From positions 210,001-242,000 of the forward strand of contig NZ_CP032996.1 of the NCBI RefSeq assembly GCF_005080705.1: DNA of 32,000 nt, read 5' to 3'. The position numbers were made by a program, and so were the translations under genes. The DNA comes from Buchnera aphidicola (Therioaphis trifolii) (GTDB lineage Bacteria > Pseudomonadota > Gammaproteobacteria > Enterobacterales > Enterobacteriaceae). Shown piece by piece: positions 1 through 9,570 of the stretch (its first letter is position 1; every line of letters begins with the position of its first letter). The notes beneath the pieces are model-generated. The model was not told the origin of the DNA. It searched no databases and worked only from the letters and a program-made list of their open reading frames with translations.

Positions 1-336
1 TATTGGTTGTTTAACTAATGTACTTACTTGAGATAAAAATTCAAATTTACCCTGAAAATATTTTTCATCAGTTAAAATAGAAATAGCTGATGCATGTCTT
101 TTATAATATTTAATAATATTATTAATATTAAATTTATTATTAATAATTCCTTTTGATGGAGATGATTTTTTAATTTCTAGAATAAAAATTGATTGTTCAG
201 ATTGTAATTTTTTATAAAAATTTCGATTTGAAATAGTAATATTTCTTTGAATGTCATATATTGATTTTTTTTTTTTTTGAATTTTTAACCAACTTAATTT
301 ATCATATAAAATATTATTTAAAATATTAATTGTCAT
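1..336 (-). CDS. trpC: Indole-3-glycerol phosphate synthase, N-terminal part of TrpC/TrpC(F). The gene starts at 336 and continues past position 1.
   Basis: Absent from the ORF track because it runs off the window. Hand translation of the minus strand from ATG 336 gives 112 codons with no stop: MTINILNNILYDKLSWLKIQKKKKSIYDIQRNITISNRNFYKKLQSEQSIFILEIKKSSPSKGIINNKFNINNIIKYYKRHASAISILTDEKYFQGKFEFLSQVSTLVKQPI. This matches the E. coli TrpC landmarks FILECKKASPSKG and ASAISVLTDEKYFQG. It lies directly downstream of trpD, as in trp operons. Confidence 0.88.
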   Translation of the reverse strand, partial: MTINILNNILYDKLSWLKIQKKKKSIYDIQRNITISNRNFYKKLQSEQSIFILEIKKSSPSKGIINNKFNINNIIKYYKRHASAISILTDEKYFQGKFEFLSQVSTLVKQPI

Positions 337-1336
337 AATTTTTCTCTTTTGATATATTTTTTATATGTTGATTAATTTCTCCACTTTCAATTTTTTCAAA
401 ACATATTTTTGTATTTAATTTAAGATTCTCATATCCAAATATTTTAAGTAAAATTGCTGCATTCATTGCAATTAAATATTTATATTCAATAGGTCCTCTA
501 CCTTTACATATATTTTTAAAATCTAAATAATTTTCTTGAATAGTTTTTTTTTTAAACAAAAAATTTTTTACTCTATTAATTCCAAAATCTTCAGGATATA
601 AATTATATGAAATAATTTTTCCATTTTTAACTTCTACTATCTTTGTTTTATAATTTAATGTAATTTCATCTATACCATGACTATGTAATAATATTACTCT
701 TTCATAATTTAATTGATGAACAATTTTAGCTAGAGGTAATAATAAATGAGGTGAATATACTCCAATAACAGAATAATTTGGTCTTGAGGGATTTAATAAT
801 GGACCTAATATATTAAATATAGTTCTTGTTTTTAATTCTTTTCTTATTTTTGTTACATACTTAAAACCAAAATGATATTGAGGGGCGTATAAAAAACATA
901 TATTTAATTTATCTAATTGTTTTTTAGATTCTTTAGGGTTTATTTTAATATTAATATTATTTTTTTTTAATATATCTGCAGATCCTAATTGACTAGATAC
1001 ACCACTATTACAATGTTTAATAATTTTTAATCCAAGAGATGAAACTACTAAAGCACTTAACGTAGATACATTAATTATATTAACATGATCTCCACCCGTT
1101 CCTGCAATATCTGCAAATAAATATTTAGGTTTTGGAAAATTAATAGAATTTTCTTGTAAACATTTTATTGCACCAATAATTTCATTAATTGATTCTAATC
1201 TTATTTTTAAAATAGTTAATATTGATGTTAATTTTATTACAGATATTTTATTTTTGATAATTTTTTTAAATAAATTATAACTTTCTAATTCATTACATGT
1301 TTTTAATGCATATATTTTTTTAAATATTTTTTTCAT
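326..1336 (-). CDS. trpD: Anthranilate phosphoribosyltransferase
   Basis: 336-aa ORF with the TrpD signature AGTGGD (IAGTGGDHVNIINVST) and a GPLLNPSRP region. TAA stop. Followed by trpC. Confidence 0.95.
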   Translation of the reverse strand: MKKIFKKIYALKTCNELESYNLFKKIIKNKISVIKLTSILTILKIRLESINEIIGAIKCLQENSINFPKPKYLFADIAGTGGDHVNIINVSTLSALVVSSLGLKIIKHCNSGVSSQLGSADILKKNNINIKINPKESKKQLDKLNICFLYAPQYHFGFKYVTKIRKELKTRTIFNILGPLLNPSRPNYSVIGVYSPHLLLPLAKIVHQLNYERVILLHSHGIDEITLNYKTKIVEVKNGKIISYNLYPEDFGINRVKNFLFKKKTIQENYLDFKNICKGRGPIEYKYLIAMNAAILLKIFGYENLKLNTKICFEKIESGEINQHIKNISKEKNYDN

Positions 1337-1481
1337 TTTATATTTTATATTATTAATATTATTAATATTGTAAATTTTATTAAGAATTAAATTTTTTAAT
1401 AAATATTATATATAATATAATATATCTATAATTATTTTATACAATAATTTTATATTTATATATTTTTATAGGAATTATTAT

Positions 1482-2438
1482 ATGGATTTATTATTTGAAT
1501 ATAGTTTATTTTTATTAAAATTAATTACTTATTTAATATTAATATTTATTTTCATAATATCAGTTTCTTATTTTTTTAAAAAAAATATTAAAAAAAAATA
1601 TAAATTAAAAATTAAAAGTATTTCTAATTTTTACAATCATATAATTGATATATCATTTAAAAATAAAATACAATTTAATAAAAAAAATTTTATAAAACAC
1701 ACTAAATGGGATTATAAAAAACCAATATTATATGTTTTAAGTTTTTATGGTGATGTTCATGCAAGTGAAGTATCTCATTTAAAAAAAGAAATTTCTATTA
1801 TTATTTCTATTATTCAACCTAATGATGAGGTTTTATTAAAATTAGAAAGTTTTGGAGGAACAGTACATGAATATGGTTTAGCAGCATCTCAATTACAAAG
1901 ATTACGAAATCATAATATTAAATTAACAGTAGTAATAGATAAAATAGCTGCTAGTGGAGGATATATGATGGCATGTGTTGCTAATTATATTTATGCTGCT
2001 CCATTTGCTATCATTGGTTCTATTGGAGTAATTGGACAAATTCCTAATTTTCATAGATTATTAAAAAAAAATAATATTGATATGGAAATACATACAGCAG
2101 GTCATTATAAAAGAAATTTAACAATGTTTGGAGAAAATAATGATCATCATCGTTTAAATTTTCAAAAAAAATTAAATATTACATATAAACTTTTTAAAGA
2201 TTTTATTTTTAAAATGAGACCTAATTTAAATATTGAAAAAGTTTCTAATGGCGATTATTGGTTTGGAATAACAGCTTTAAAAAAAAAATTAATTGATGAG
2301 ATAAATACAAGTGAAGATGTAATTTTAAAAAATATGAAAAAATTTAATGTTATTTCTATTAAATATATTAAATCAAGAAATATTTTTAATAATTTTATTT
2401 TAAACTTTTTAAAAAAAATATTTACTATATTAAATTAA
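1482..2438 (+). CDS. sohB: SohB-type inner-membrane peptidase (S49 family)
   Basis: 318 aa. The N-terminus MDLLFEYSLFLLKLI matches E. coli SohB MELLSEYGLFLAKIV. Conserved core: LESFGGTVHEYGLAASQLQRLR, AASGGYMMACVA, APFAIIGSIGV. AGGA lies upstream of the ATG. Confidence 0.9.
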   Translation: MDLLFEYSLFLLKLITYLILIFIFIISVSYFFKKNIKKKYKLKIKSISNFYNHIIDISFKNKIQFNKKNFIKHTKWDYKKPILYVLSFYGDVHASEVSHLKKEISIIISIIQPNDEVLLKLESFGGTVHEYGLAASQLQRLRNHNIKLTVVIDKIAASGGYMMACVANYIYAAPFAIIGSIGVIGQIPNFHRLLKKNNIDMEIHTAGHYKRNLTMFGENNDHHRLNFQKKLNITYKLFKDFIFKMRPNLNIEKVSNGDYWFGITALKKKLIDEINTSEDVILKNMKKFNVISIKYIKSRNIFNNFILNFLKKIFTILN

Positions 2439-2484
2439 TTTTAATTAAATTATTTTTTTAATAAAATATATTTATATTATATTT

Positions 2485-2566
2485 AATATTATAAATATAT
2501 TTAAATAATAAATTATAATAATTAATATCATTTATTATATTATTATTTAAATATATTTATAATATT
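2485..2566. repeat. Perfect 27-bp inverted repeat (arms 2485-2511 and 2540-2566, 28-nt spacer) in the sohB-rlmN spacer
   Basis: I checked all 27 positions by hand. The left arm is aatattataaatatatttaaataataa, and the right arm is its exact reverse complement. The mismatches at 2484/2567 and 2512/2539 mark the arm ends. Confidence 0.9.
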
Positions 2567-2649
2567 TCTTATATAATTATTTTTTATTGATGTTTTTTAA
2601 AAATATAATTATATTATATTATTTATAATAATGTAATTTTATACTAATT

Positions 2650-3723
2650 ATGAAAATTTTATTAAATTTAAATAATAAAAAAAAAATAAATTTATTAAAT
2701 TTTGATTATTCTCAAATGAAAAATTTTATGTATTCAATTAATGAAAAACCATTTAGAGCAAATCAAATTATGAATTGGATATATAAACATTTTTGTACTG
2801 ATTTTAATCAAATGACTAATTTGAAAGATACTTTAAAAAAAAAATTATATAATTTAAGTTATATTCAAGCTCCAAATTATATTAAAAAAGTAATTTCTAA
2901 AGATCATACAATTAAATGGTTATTTTCTGTAAATAATGGAATTATTGAAACAATATATATTCCTGAAAAAAAAAGAAATACTTTGTGCATTTCTTCACAA
3001 ATTGGGTGTATTTTAAAATGTAAATTTTGTGCAACTGGTGAACAAGGTTTTAAAAAAAATTTATTAGTTTCAGAAATTATTGGTCAAATTTGGAGAATTT
3101 GTAAAAGTATTAAAAAAAATAAAAAATTAAATCCAATTACTAATATAGTTTTTATGGGAATGGGAGAACCTTTATTAAATTTAAAAAATGTTATTCAATC
3201 ATTAAAAATTATATTTGATAAATTTGGTTTTAATATTTCTAAAAAAAAAGTGGTATTATCAACATCAGGAATTATACCTGCAATAGATAAATTATCTAAT
3301 ATCATAGATGTTAAATTAGCAGTTTCATTGCATGCATCAAATGATGATGTTAGAAATCATTTAATGCCAATTAATAAAAAATATAATATTCATTTACTTT
3401 TATCTTCAATATCAAGATTTATAAAAAAATCAAAATTAAATAAAAATGGAATAACAATAGAATATATCATGTTAAAAAATATTAATGATACTATTTTTCA
3501 TGCTAAAGAATTAATAAAATTATTAAAAAACATACCTAGTAAAATTAATTTAATTCCTTTTAATAATTTTTCAAATAATTATTTAAAATGTAGTACAAAT
3601 AATCAAATAAATATATTTTCTAAATTTTTAATTAAACATGGTTTTATTACTACCATTCGTAAGTCTCGAGGACAAGATATTCAAGCTGCATGTGGACAAT
3701 TAACAGGTAATTATATTAAATAA
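2650..3723 (+). CDS. rlmN: 23S rRNA/tRNA adenine-C2 methyltransferase, radical SAM (RlmN)
   Basis: 357 aa. KPFRANQIMNWIY matches E. coli KPFRADQVMKWMY. Radical-SAM CxxxCxxC is present as CILKCKFC. Also MGMGEPLLN and the C-terminal catalytic Cys context AACGQL. Confidence 0.93.
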   Translation: MKILLNLNNKKKINLLNFDYSQMKNFMYSINEKPFRANQIMNWIYKHFCTDFNQMTNLKDTLKKKLYNLSYIQAPNYIKKVISKDHTIKWLFSVNNGIIETIYIPEKKRNTLCISSQIGCILKCKFCATGEQGFKKNLLVSEIIGQIWRICKSIKKNKKLNPITNIVFMGMGEPLLNLKNVIQSLKIIFDKFGFNISKKKVVLSTSGIIPAIDKLSNIIDVKLAVSLHASNDDVRNHLMPINKKYNIHLLLSSISRFIKKSKLNKNGITIEYIMLKNINDTIFHAKELIKLLKNIPSKINLIPFNNFSNNYLKCSTNNQINIFSKFLIKHGFITTIRKSRGQDIQAACGQLTGNYIK

Positions 3724-3789
3724 AATATAAAAAATTATATTATAATTTTATAATAAATATTTAATATATATTTAAAATAGGAATAATAT

Positions 3790-5055
3790 GTGAATTATAT
3801 TTTTAAATCTATAAAAGGTATGCATGATTACCTCCCTCAGGATATTTTAATTTGGAATAAAATAGAAAATATATTAAAAAAAATATTATATAGTTATAGT
3901 TATCATGAAATTAGATTTCCAATAGTAGAAAAAACAATATTATTTCAAAAATCAATTGGTAATACAACTGATATTATTGGAAAAGAAATGTATTCATTTT
4001 ATGATAAAAAAGGAATAAATATAACTCTACGTCCTGAAGGAACAACCAGTTGTGCAAGATTTGTTATTCAAAATAAATTATTATATCATCAAAAACAAAA
4101 ATTATGGTATTATGGACCAATGTTTAGATATGAACGTCCTCAAAAAGGTCGATATCGTCAATTTTATCAATTTGGTATTGAAACATTTGGATTTTCAGAT
4201 CCAGAAATAGAATTAGAATTAATTCTTTTAATAAATAAATTTTTTAATCAATTAAAAATCTCAAAATTCATTACTTTAGAAATTAATTCAATTGGTTCTA
4301 TTGCTGAACGAAATAAATATAAAATAAAATTAAAAAAATTTTTAAAAAAATATATTAATGTTTTAGATAAAAATTATTTAAGAAAATTAGATCAAAATGC
4401 TTTAAGAATTTTAGATAGTAAAGATCAAAATATTCAAAATATATTACTTAAAGCACCGCGTTTAATTGATTTTATTAATTTAAAGTCTCGATTGTGTTTT
4501 AATAAATTATGTAATTTAATGGATCATTTTAATATTCCATATGTTATTAATTATAATTTAATTAGAGGATTAGATTATTATAATGATATTGTTTTTGAAT
4601 GGAAAACTAATTATTTAGGATCAAAAAATACAATATGTGCAGGAGGTAGATATAATAAATTAATAAATATTTTAAAAGGTCCTAATATTCCTGCAGCTGG
4701 TTTAGCAATTGGAATGGATAGACTATTACTATTAATTCAATCACTTTCTATTTTTTCTAAAAATATTATAAAATATGATATTTTAATTTTTTTTTATGAA
4801 AAAACATTAAAATATAATGCGATATTTTTATCAGAACATATTAGAAATATAATTCCAACATTAAAAGTATTATTAGAATTTCAACCTATAAAATTAAAAA
4901 AAATATTTAAAAATATTAACAAATATTATTGTAAAATAATATTATTTGTTAAAGATATTAATATAATTAATGTATATGATATAAAAAATAAAATACATGA
5001 AGATATTAAAAAAAAAAATATAATAAATAAAATATGTAATATATTACAATTATAA
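3790..5055 (+). CDS. hisS: Histidine--tRNA ligase
   Basis: 421 aa with a GTG start at 3790. AGGA at 3779-3782 lies 7 nt upstream. SIKGMHDYLP matches E. coli AIRGMNDYLP. Class II motifs: LRPEGT, MFRYERPQKGRYRQFYQFG, GGRYN, AAGLAIGMDRL. Confidence 0.93.
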   Translation: MNYIFKSIKGMHDYLPQDILIWNKIENILKKILYSYSYHEIRFPIVEKTILFQKSIGNTTDIIGKEMYSFYDKKGINITLRPEGTTSCARFVIQNKLLYHQKQKLWYYGPMFRYERPQKGRYRQFYQFGIETFGFSDPEIELELILLINKFFNQLKISKFITLEINSIGSIAERNKYKIKLKKFLKKYINVLDKNYLRKLDQNALRILDSKDQNIQNILLKAPRLIDFINLKSRLCFNKLCNLMDHFNIPYVINYNLIRGLDYYNDIVFEWKTNYLGSKNTICAGGRYNKLINILKGPNIPAAGLAIGMDRLLLLIQSLSIFSKNIIKYDILIFFYEKTLKYNAIFLSEHIRNIIPTLKVLLEFQPIKLKKIFKNINKYYCKIILFVKDINIINVYDIKNKIHEDIKKKNIINKICNILQL

Positions 5056-5132
5056 AAAATATAATTTAAAATATAATTTTTTAAATATAAATATAGAAAT
5101 AATAGAAATTAATAATTTTAAGGATTTTAAAT

Positions 5133-6395
5133 ATGTTTACATATCAAACAGAAAATATACAATCCGATCTAAAAGTATGGAAATATTTAAATAAAGAAAT
5201 TATTCGACAAGAGCAAAATATTGAATTAATTGCTTCTGAAAATTATGCTAGTATAGCAGTTATGCAAGCTCAGGGATCTCAATTAACTAATAAATATGCT
5301 GAAGGATATCCTGGAAAAAGATATTATGGTGGTTGTCATTTTATTGATTATTTAGAGAATATAGCAATTAATAGAGCTAAAAAATTATTTAAAGCAGATT
5401 ATGCTAATGTACAACCTCATTCTGGTTCACAGGCTAATTTTGCTGTTTATACAGCTTTATTAAAACCTGGAGATTTAATATTAGGTATGGATTTATCTCA
5501 TGGCGGGCATTTAACGCATGGTGCTTCAATTAATGTTTCCGGAAAAATATATAAATCAATAACATATGGTTTAAATAAATTAGGAAATATTAATTATAAT
5601 AAAATTGAATATATAGCAAAAAAATATAAACCTAAAATAATTATTGGAGGCTTTTCTTCTTTTTCAAAATTTATAGATTGGAAAATTTTAAAAGAAATTT
5701 CTAATAATATTGACGCATATTTATTAGCTGATATTTCTCATGTTTCTGGATTAGTAGTTACAGGTTTATATCCTAATCCAATTAATTATGCAGATGTTGT
5801 AACAACAACAACACATAAAACATTATCAGGACCTAGGGGGGGATTAATATTATCTAAAAATAAAGATGATAAATTTTATCAAAAAATTAATTCTGCAGTA
5901 TTTCCAGGAATTCAAGGTGGTCCTTTAATGCATGTTATTGCGGCTAAAGCTATTGCTTTTAAAGAAGCATTAAATCCATCATTTAAATTATATCAAAAAC
6001 AAATTTTAAAAAATTCAAAAATAATGGTAAATACTTTTATAAAAAATAATTTTGATATCGTTTCTGGTGGAACAGATAATCATTTATTTTTAATAAATTT
6101 AAAAAAAAATAATATTACTGGAAAAAAAGCAGAATATTTATTGGAATTAGCAAATATTATTGTAAATAAAAATAGTATCCCAAATGATGCAACTAGTCCT
6201 TTTGTTACTTCTGGAATTCGAATCGGAACTCCTGCTATTACCAGAAGAGGTTTTAAAGAAGTAGAATCAAAAATAGTTTCTGAATGGATAGTAGATATTA
6301 TTAATAATAATAATAATAATCAAAAAATATTAGATATTAAAAATAATGTATTAGATTTATGTCAAAAATATCCTGTTTATATAAAACATTTTTAA
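5133..6395 (+). CDS. glyA: Serine hydroxymethyltransferase
   Basis: 420 aa. [26 protein letters not shown], and the PLP-lysine motif [19 protein letters not shown] lies upstream of the ATG. Confidence 0.97.
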   Translation: MFTYQTENIQSDLKVWKYLNKEIIRQEQNIELIASENYASIAVMQAQGSQLTNKYAEGYPGKRYYGGCHFIDYLENIAINRAKKLFKADYANVQPHSGSQANFAVYTALLKPGDLILGMDLSHGGHLTHGASINVSGKIYKSITYGLNKLGNINYNKIEYIAKKYKPKIIIGGFSSFSKFIDWKILKEISNNIDAYLLADISHVSGLVVTGLYPNPINYADVVTTTTHKTLSGPRGGLILSKNKDDKFYQKINSAVFPGIQGGPLMHVIAAKAIAFKEALNPSFKLYQKQILKNSKIMVNTFIKNNFDIVSGGTDNHLFLINLKKNNITGKKAEYLLELANIIVNKNSIPNDATSPFVTSGIRIGTPAITRRGFKEVESKIVSEWIVDIINNNNNNQKILDIKNNVLDLCQKYPVYIKHF

Positions 6396-6417
6396 TATAA
6401 TTTATATAAAAATATAA

Positions 6418-7086
6418 TTATTTTGGTAAATTAATATTAATTGTATTGTTATAAATATCATTTATATCCTTACAATAAGGAATCATACCTAAAAATGGTT
6501 GTTTAATAAATTTGTTTATTGTATATATATAATTTAAAATATATGGTTCAGGTTTTATACAATTAGCATACCAACCAGAAAACTGTACACCAGAATTTAA
6601 AATAGCCTGAGTTGTTAAAATAGTATGATTAATACATCCTATTTCCATTTTAATAACTAAAATAACAGGAATTTTTTCTTTTTTTACCCAATCAGCAAGA
6701 GTAATTTTTTTAAATATTGGTGTATACCATCCACCAATACCTTCAATAATAATCCAATTTGATTTTTTTTGGATAATTTTTAATCCAATAGATAACTTTT
6801 TTAAAGTAATATGATTGTTTTTATTATTTAAAAAATTAGGCGGTAGAGGATTATAAAATGAAAAAGGATTAATTTCTTCATATTTAAATTTAATATTACT
6901 ATTTTTTTTTAAAAATATTGCATCTTGATTTCTTAAACCATTAATTGTTTGTGTACAACCTGTCGATATAGGTTTATATCCTGCTGTATTAAATCCTAAT
7001 TTTGATGCTTTTTTTAATAATATTGTTGATATTATTGTTTTTCCTACATTAGTATTTGTTCCAGTAATAAACCATTTTTTTATCAT
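6418..7086 (-). CDS. bioD: Dethiobiotin synthetase
   Basis: 222 aa. The P-loop WFITGTNTNVGKT matches E. coli YFVTGTDTEVGKT. Also EGIGGW and GCINHT. Confidence 0.9.
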   Translation of the reverse strand: MIKKWFITGTNTNVGKTIISTILLKKASKLGFNTAGYKPISTGCTQTINGLRNQDAIFLKKNSNIKFKYEEINPFSFYNPLPPNFLNNKNNHITLKKLSIGLKIIQKKSNWIIIEGIGGWYTPIFKKITLADWVKKEKIPVILVIKMEIGCINHTILTTQAILNSGVQFSGWYANCIKPEPYILNYIYTINKFIKQPFLGMIPYCKDINDIYNNTININLPK

Positions 7087-7125
7087 ATTTTTTATATTAT
7101 ATTTAAGAATATTAATTAATTTTTA

Positions 7126-7146
7126 CTACCTATTTAAAATAGGTAG
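7126..7146. repeat. G/C-containing palindrome or stem-loop ctacctattt-a-aaataggtag in the bioB-bioD spacer
   Basis: 10-bp arms (7126-7135 and 7137-7146) around one central base, each pair checked by hand. It is the only G/C cluster in an 88-nt spacer. There is no U-run after it on either strand, so I do not call it a canonical terminator. Confidence 0.6.
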
Positions 7147-7174
7147 AATTATAATATTACAATATATTATAATT

Positions 7175-8188
7175 TTATTTACATGAAGCATTATAATAAT
7201 TTTTTTTATTATTTATATTTAAATAATGTTTTTTATTAGTATTAATAATATTTTTTTTAGTATGTAATCCTAATTTTTTAAATAACTTTAAATCTTCTTC
7301 TTGTTTTGGATTTGATGTAGTTAATAATTTACATCCATAGAATATAGAATTTACACCTGCCATAAAACACATAGTTTGCATATTTTGATCCATATTTTCA
7401 CGACCTGCAGATAATCTAATATAAGATTTTGGCATCATAATTCGAGTTACTGCAATAGTTTTAATAAAATCAAAATCTTCAATATTTTTACTATTTTCTA
7501 AAGGGGTTCCTTTAATTTTTACTAATCTATTAATAGGTATACTTTCAGGAACTTTATCTAAATTAGATAATTGTATTAATAATTCTATACGATCAATTGT
7601 TTTTTCTCCTAAACCAAATATACCACCAGAACATACTTTTATTCCTGATTTTCTAATAATTTTTAATGTATCTAATCGATCTTGATATGTTCTTGTAGTA
7701 ATAATATTTTTATAAAAATTTTTTGAAGTATCTAAATTATGATTATAAAAATCAAGACCTGCCATAGATAATCGTTCTGCTTGATTTTGATTAATACTTC
7801 CTAAAGTCATACAAGTTTCCATACCCATTTTTTTTATTTTTTTAATTATTTTTAATAAATATGGCATATCTTTTTCTTTAGGATTTTTCCATGCAGCACC
7901 CATACAAAATCGATTAGAACCTGATTTTTTTGCCTTTTTTGCTTCTTCTAATATTTTTGTAATATCTAATAATTTTTCATTTTTTATATTAGTATTATAC
8001 CTTGAACTTTGTGAACAATATTTACAATCTTCAGGACATAAACCGGTTTTTATTGATAATAAAGTACTAATTTGAATTTCATTAGGATTAAAATATTTTC
8101 GATGTATTTTTTGTGCATTAAATATTAATTCTAAAAAAGGTATTTTAAATAATTGTTTTACTTCATCTATTGTCCATTTTTTTTTCAT
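7175..8188 (-). CDS. bioB: Biotin synthase (radical SAM)
   Basis: 337 aa. Radical-SAM cluster motif [22 protein letters not shown], and the YIRLSAGR region. Confidence 0.96.
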   Translation of the reverse strand: MKKKWTIDEVKQLFKIPFLELIFNAQKIHRKYFNPNEIQISTLLSIKTGLCPEDCKYCSQSSRYNTNIKNEKLLDITKILEEAKKAKKSGSNRFCMGAAWKNPKEKDMPYLLKIIKKIKKMGMETCMTLGSINQNQAERLSMAGLDFYNHNLDTSKNFYKNIITTRTYQDRLDTLKIIRKSGIKVCSGGIFGLGEKTIDRIELLIQLSNLDKVPESIPINRLVKIKGTPLENSKNIEDFDFIKTIAVTRIMMPKSYIRLSAGRENMDQNMQTMCFMAGVNSIFYGCKLLTTSNPKQEEDLKLFKKLGLHTKKNIINTNKKHYLNINNKKNYYNASCK

Positions 8189-8267
8189 TTATTAATTTCC
8201 AAAATAATATTTTTATTTAAATTAATTATTTATGATAAAATATTTAATATTTTAATATAAATGAATT

Positions 8268-9557
8268 ATGAAAAAAAATTATTTAGTTTTCAATTCTCAA
8301 CATATTTGGCATCCATATGATTCTATTACTAATCCCCTTCCCTGTTATCTTGTTTCTTCAGCAAAAGGAATAAATTTTAAATTAAATTCTGGTTTAAACA
8401 TTATTGATGGAATGTCATCCTGGTGGGCAATAATTCATGGATATAATCATCCTTTATTAAATAAAACATTAATAAATCAAAGTAAAAAAATTTCACACAT
8501 TATGTTTGGAGGAATAACACATTATCCTGCAATTTTTTTATGTAATGAATTATTAAAAATTCTACCAAAAAAATTAAATAATATATTTTTATGTGATTCT
8601 GGATCAGTTTCTATTGAAATAGCTATGAAAATGGCATTACAATATTGTAATTTAAAAAAAAATAATAAAACAATGTTTTTAACAATACGTAATGGATATC
8701 ATGGAGATACATTTTCTGCAATTTCAGTATGTGATCCAAAAAATTCTATGCATAAATTATATAATAAAATTATACCTAAATATTTATTTGCAAAACAACC
8801 TAAATTATCTTTTAAAGAAAAATGGAATAATTATGATATTTATTCTTTTATTAATATTATATTAAAAAATAAATTTAAAATTATAGCAGTTATTGTAGAA
8901 CCAATTGTACAAGGTATAGGTAATATGACATTTTATCATCCTGAATATTTAAAACAAATAAGATTATTATGTAATATGTATAATATTTTATTAATTATTG
9001 ATGAAATAGCTACTGGATTTGGAAGAACTGGAAAAATGTTTGCATATCAATATGCTAATATTATTCCAGACATATTATGTATAGGAAAATCATTAACTGG
9101 AGGTATGATGACATTAGCAGCAACTATTACTACTAAAGAAATTGCTATTAAAATTAGTAATAATTATCCTTATAAAATTATGCATGGTCCAACATTTATG
9201 GGAAATCCATTGTCTTGTTCTGTTGCTAAAAAAAATATTTCTTTATTAAGAAAGAATATATGGAAAAAACAAATTAATTATATTGAACAATATTTTAAAA
9301 AAAAATTATTTTTTTTATTAAAACATCCTAGAATTTCTAAAATTAGAATTTTAGGTGCAATTGCTGTAATTGAATGTTATAATTTTATTAATTTAAAATT
9401 AATACAAAAATTTTTTATAAATTATGGAGTTTGGATTAGACCATATAAAAAGATTATTTATTTAACACCTCCATATATTATTAAAAAATTTCATTTAAAT
9501 AAATTAATTAAATCAATTACATATGCTATTAAAGATAATTCATTATTTTTTTTTTAA
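8268..9557 (+). CDS. bioA: Adenosylmethionine-8-amino-7-oxononanoate aminotransferase (DAPA synthase)
   Basis: 429 aa. Class III aminotransferase features SWWAIIHGYNHP, DEIATGFGRTGK, and the PLP-lysine context CIGKSLTGG. It is divergent from bioB, as in E. coli. Confidence 0.95.
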   Translation: MKKNYLVFNSQHIWHPYDSITNPLPCYLVSSAKGINFKLNSGLNIIDGMSSWWAIIHGYNHPLLNKTLINQSKKISHIMFGGITHYPAIFLCNELLKILPKKLNNIFLCDSGSVSIEIAMKMALQYCNLKKNNKTMFLTIRNGYHGDTFSAISVCDPKNSMHKLYNKIIPKYLFAKQPKLSFKEKWNNYDIYSFINIILKNKFKIIAVIVEPIVQGIGNMTFYHPEYLKQIRLLCNMYNILLIIDEIATGFGRTGKMFAYQYANIIPDILCIGKSLTGGMMTLAATITTKEIAIKISNNYPYKIMHGPTFMGNPLSCSVAKKNISLLRKNIWKKQINYIEQYFKKKLFFLLKHPRISKIRILGAIAVIECYNFINLKLIQKFFINYGVWIRPYKKIIYLTPPYIIKKFHLNKLIKSITYAIKDNSLFFF

Positions 9558-9570
9558 AATTATTATATGA

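Noticed and set aside
1337-1481. Promoter (-35/-10) calls in this and other spacers, for example TTACAT-17-TAAATT upstream of rpsA
   Set aside because: TATAAT-like and TTGACA-like hexamers occur every few bases in these spacers. Sequence-only promoter prediction therefore has essentially no specificity here, and I do not report coordinates as features.
8236-8254. 19-nt palindrome (taaaatatt-t-aatatttta) in the bioB/bioA divergent spacer, at the position of the E. coli bio operator
   Set aside because: Arms of 9 bp drawn from a two-letter alphabet occur by chance about once per 500 centres. It shows no similarity to the E. coli bioO sequence that I can recognise. The status of the BirA DNA-binding domain cannot be determined from this window.
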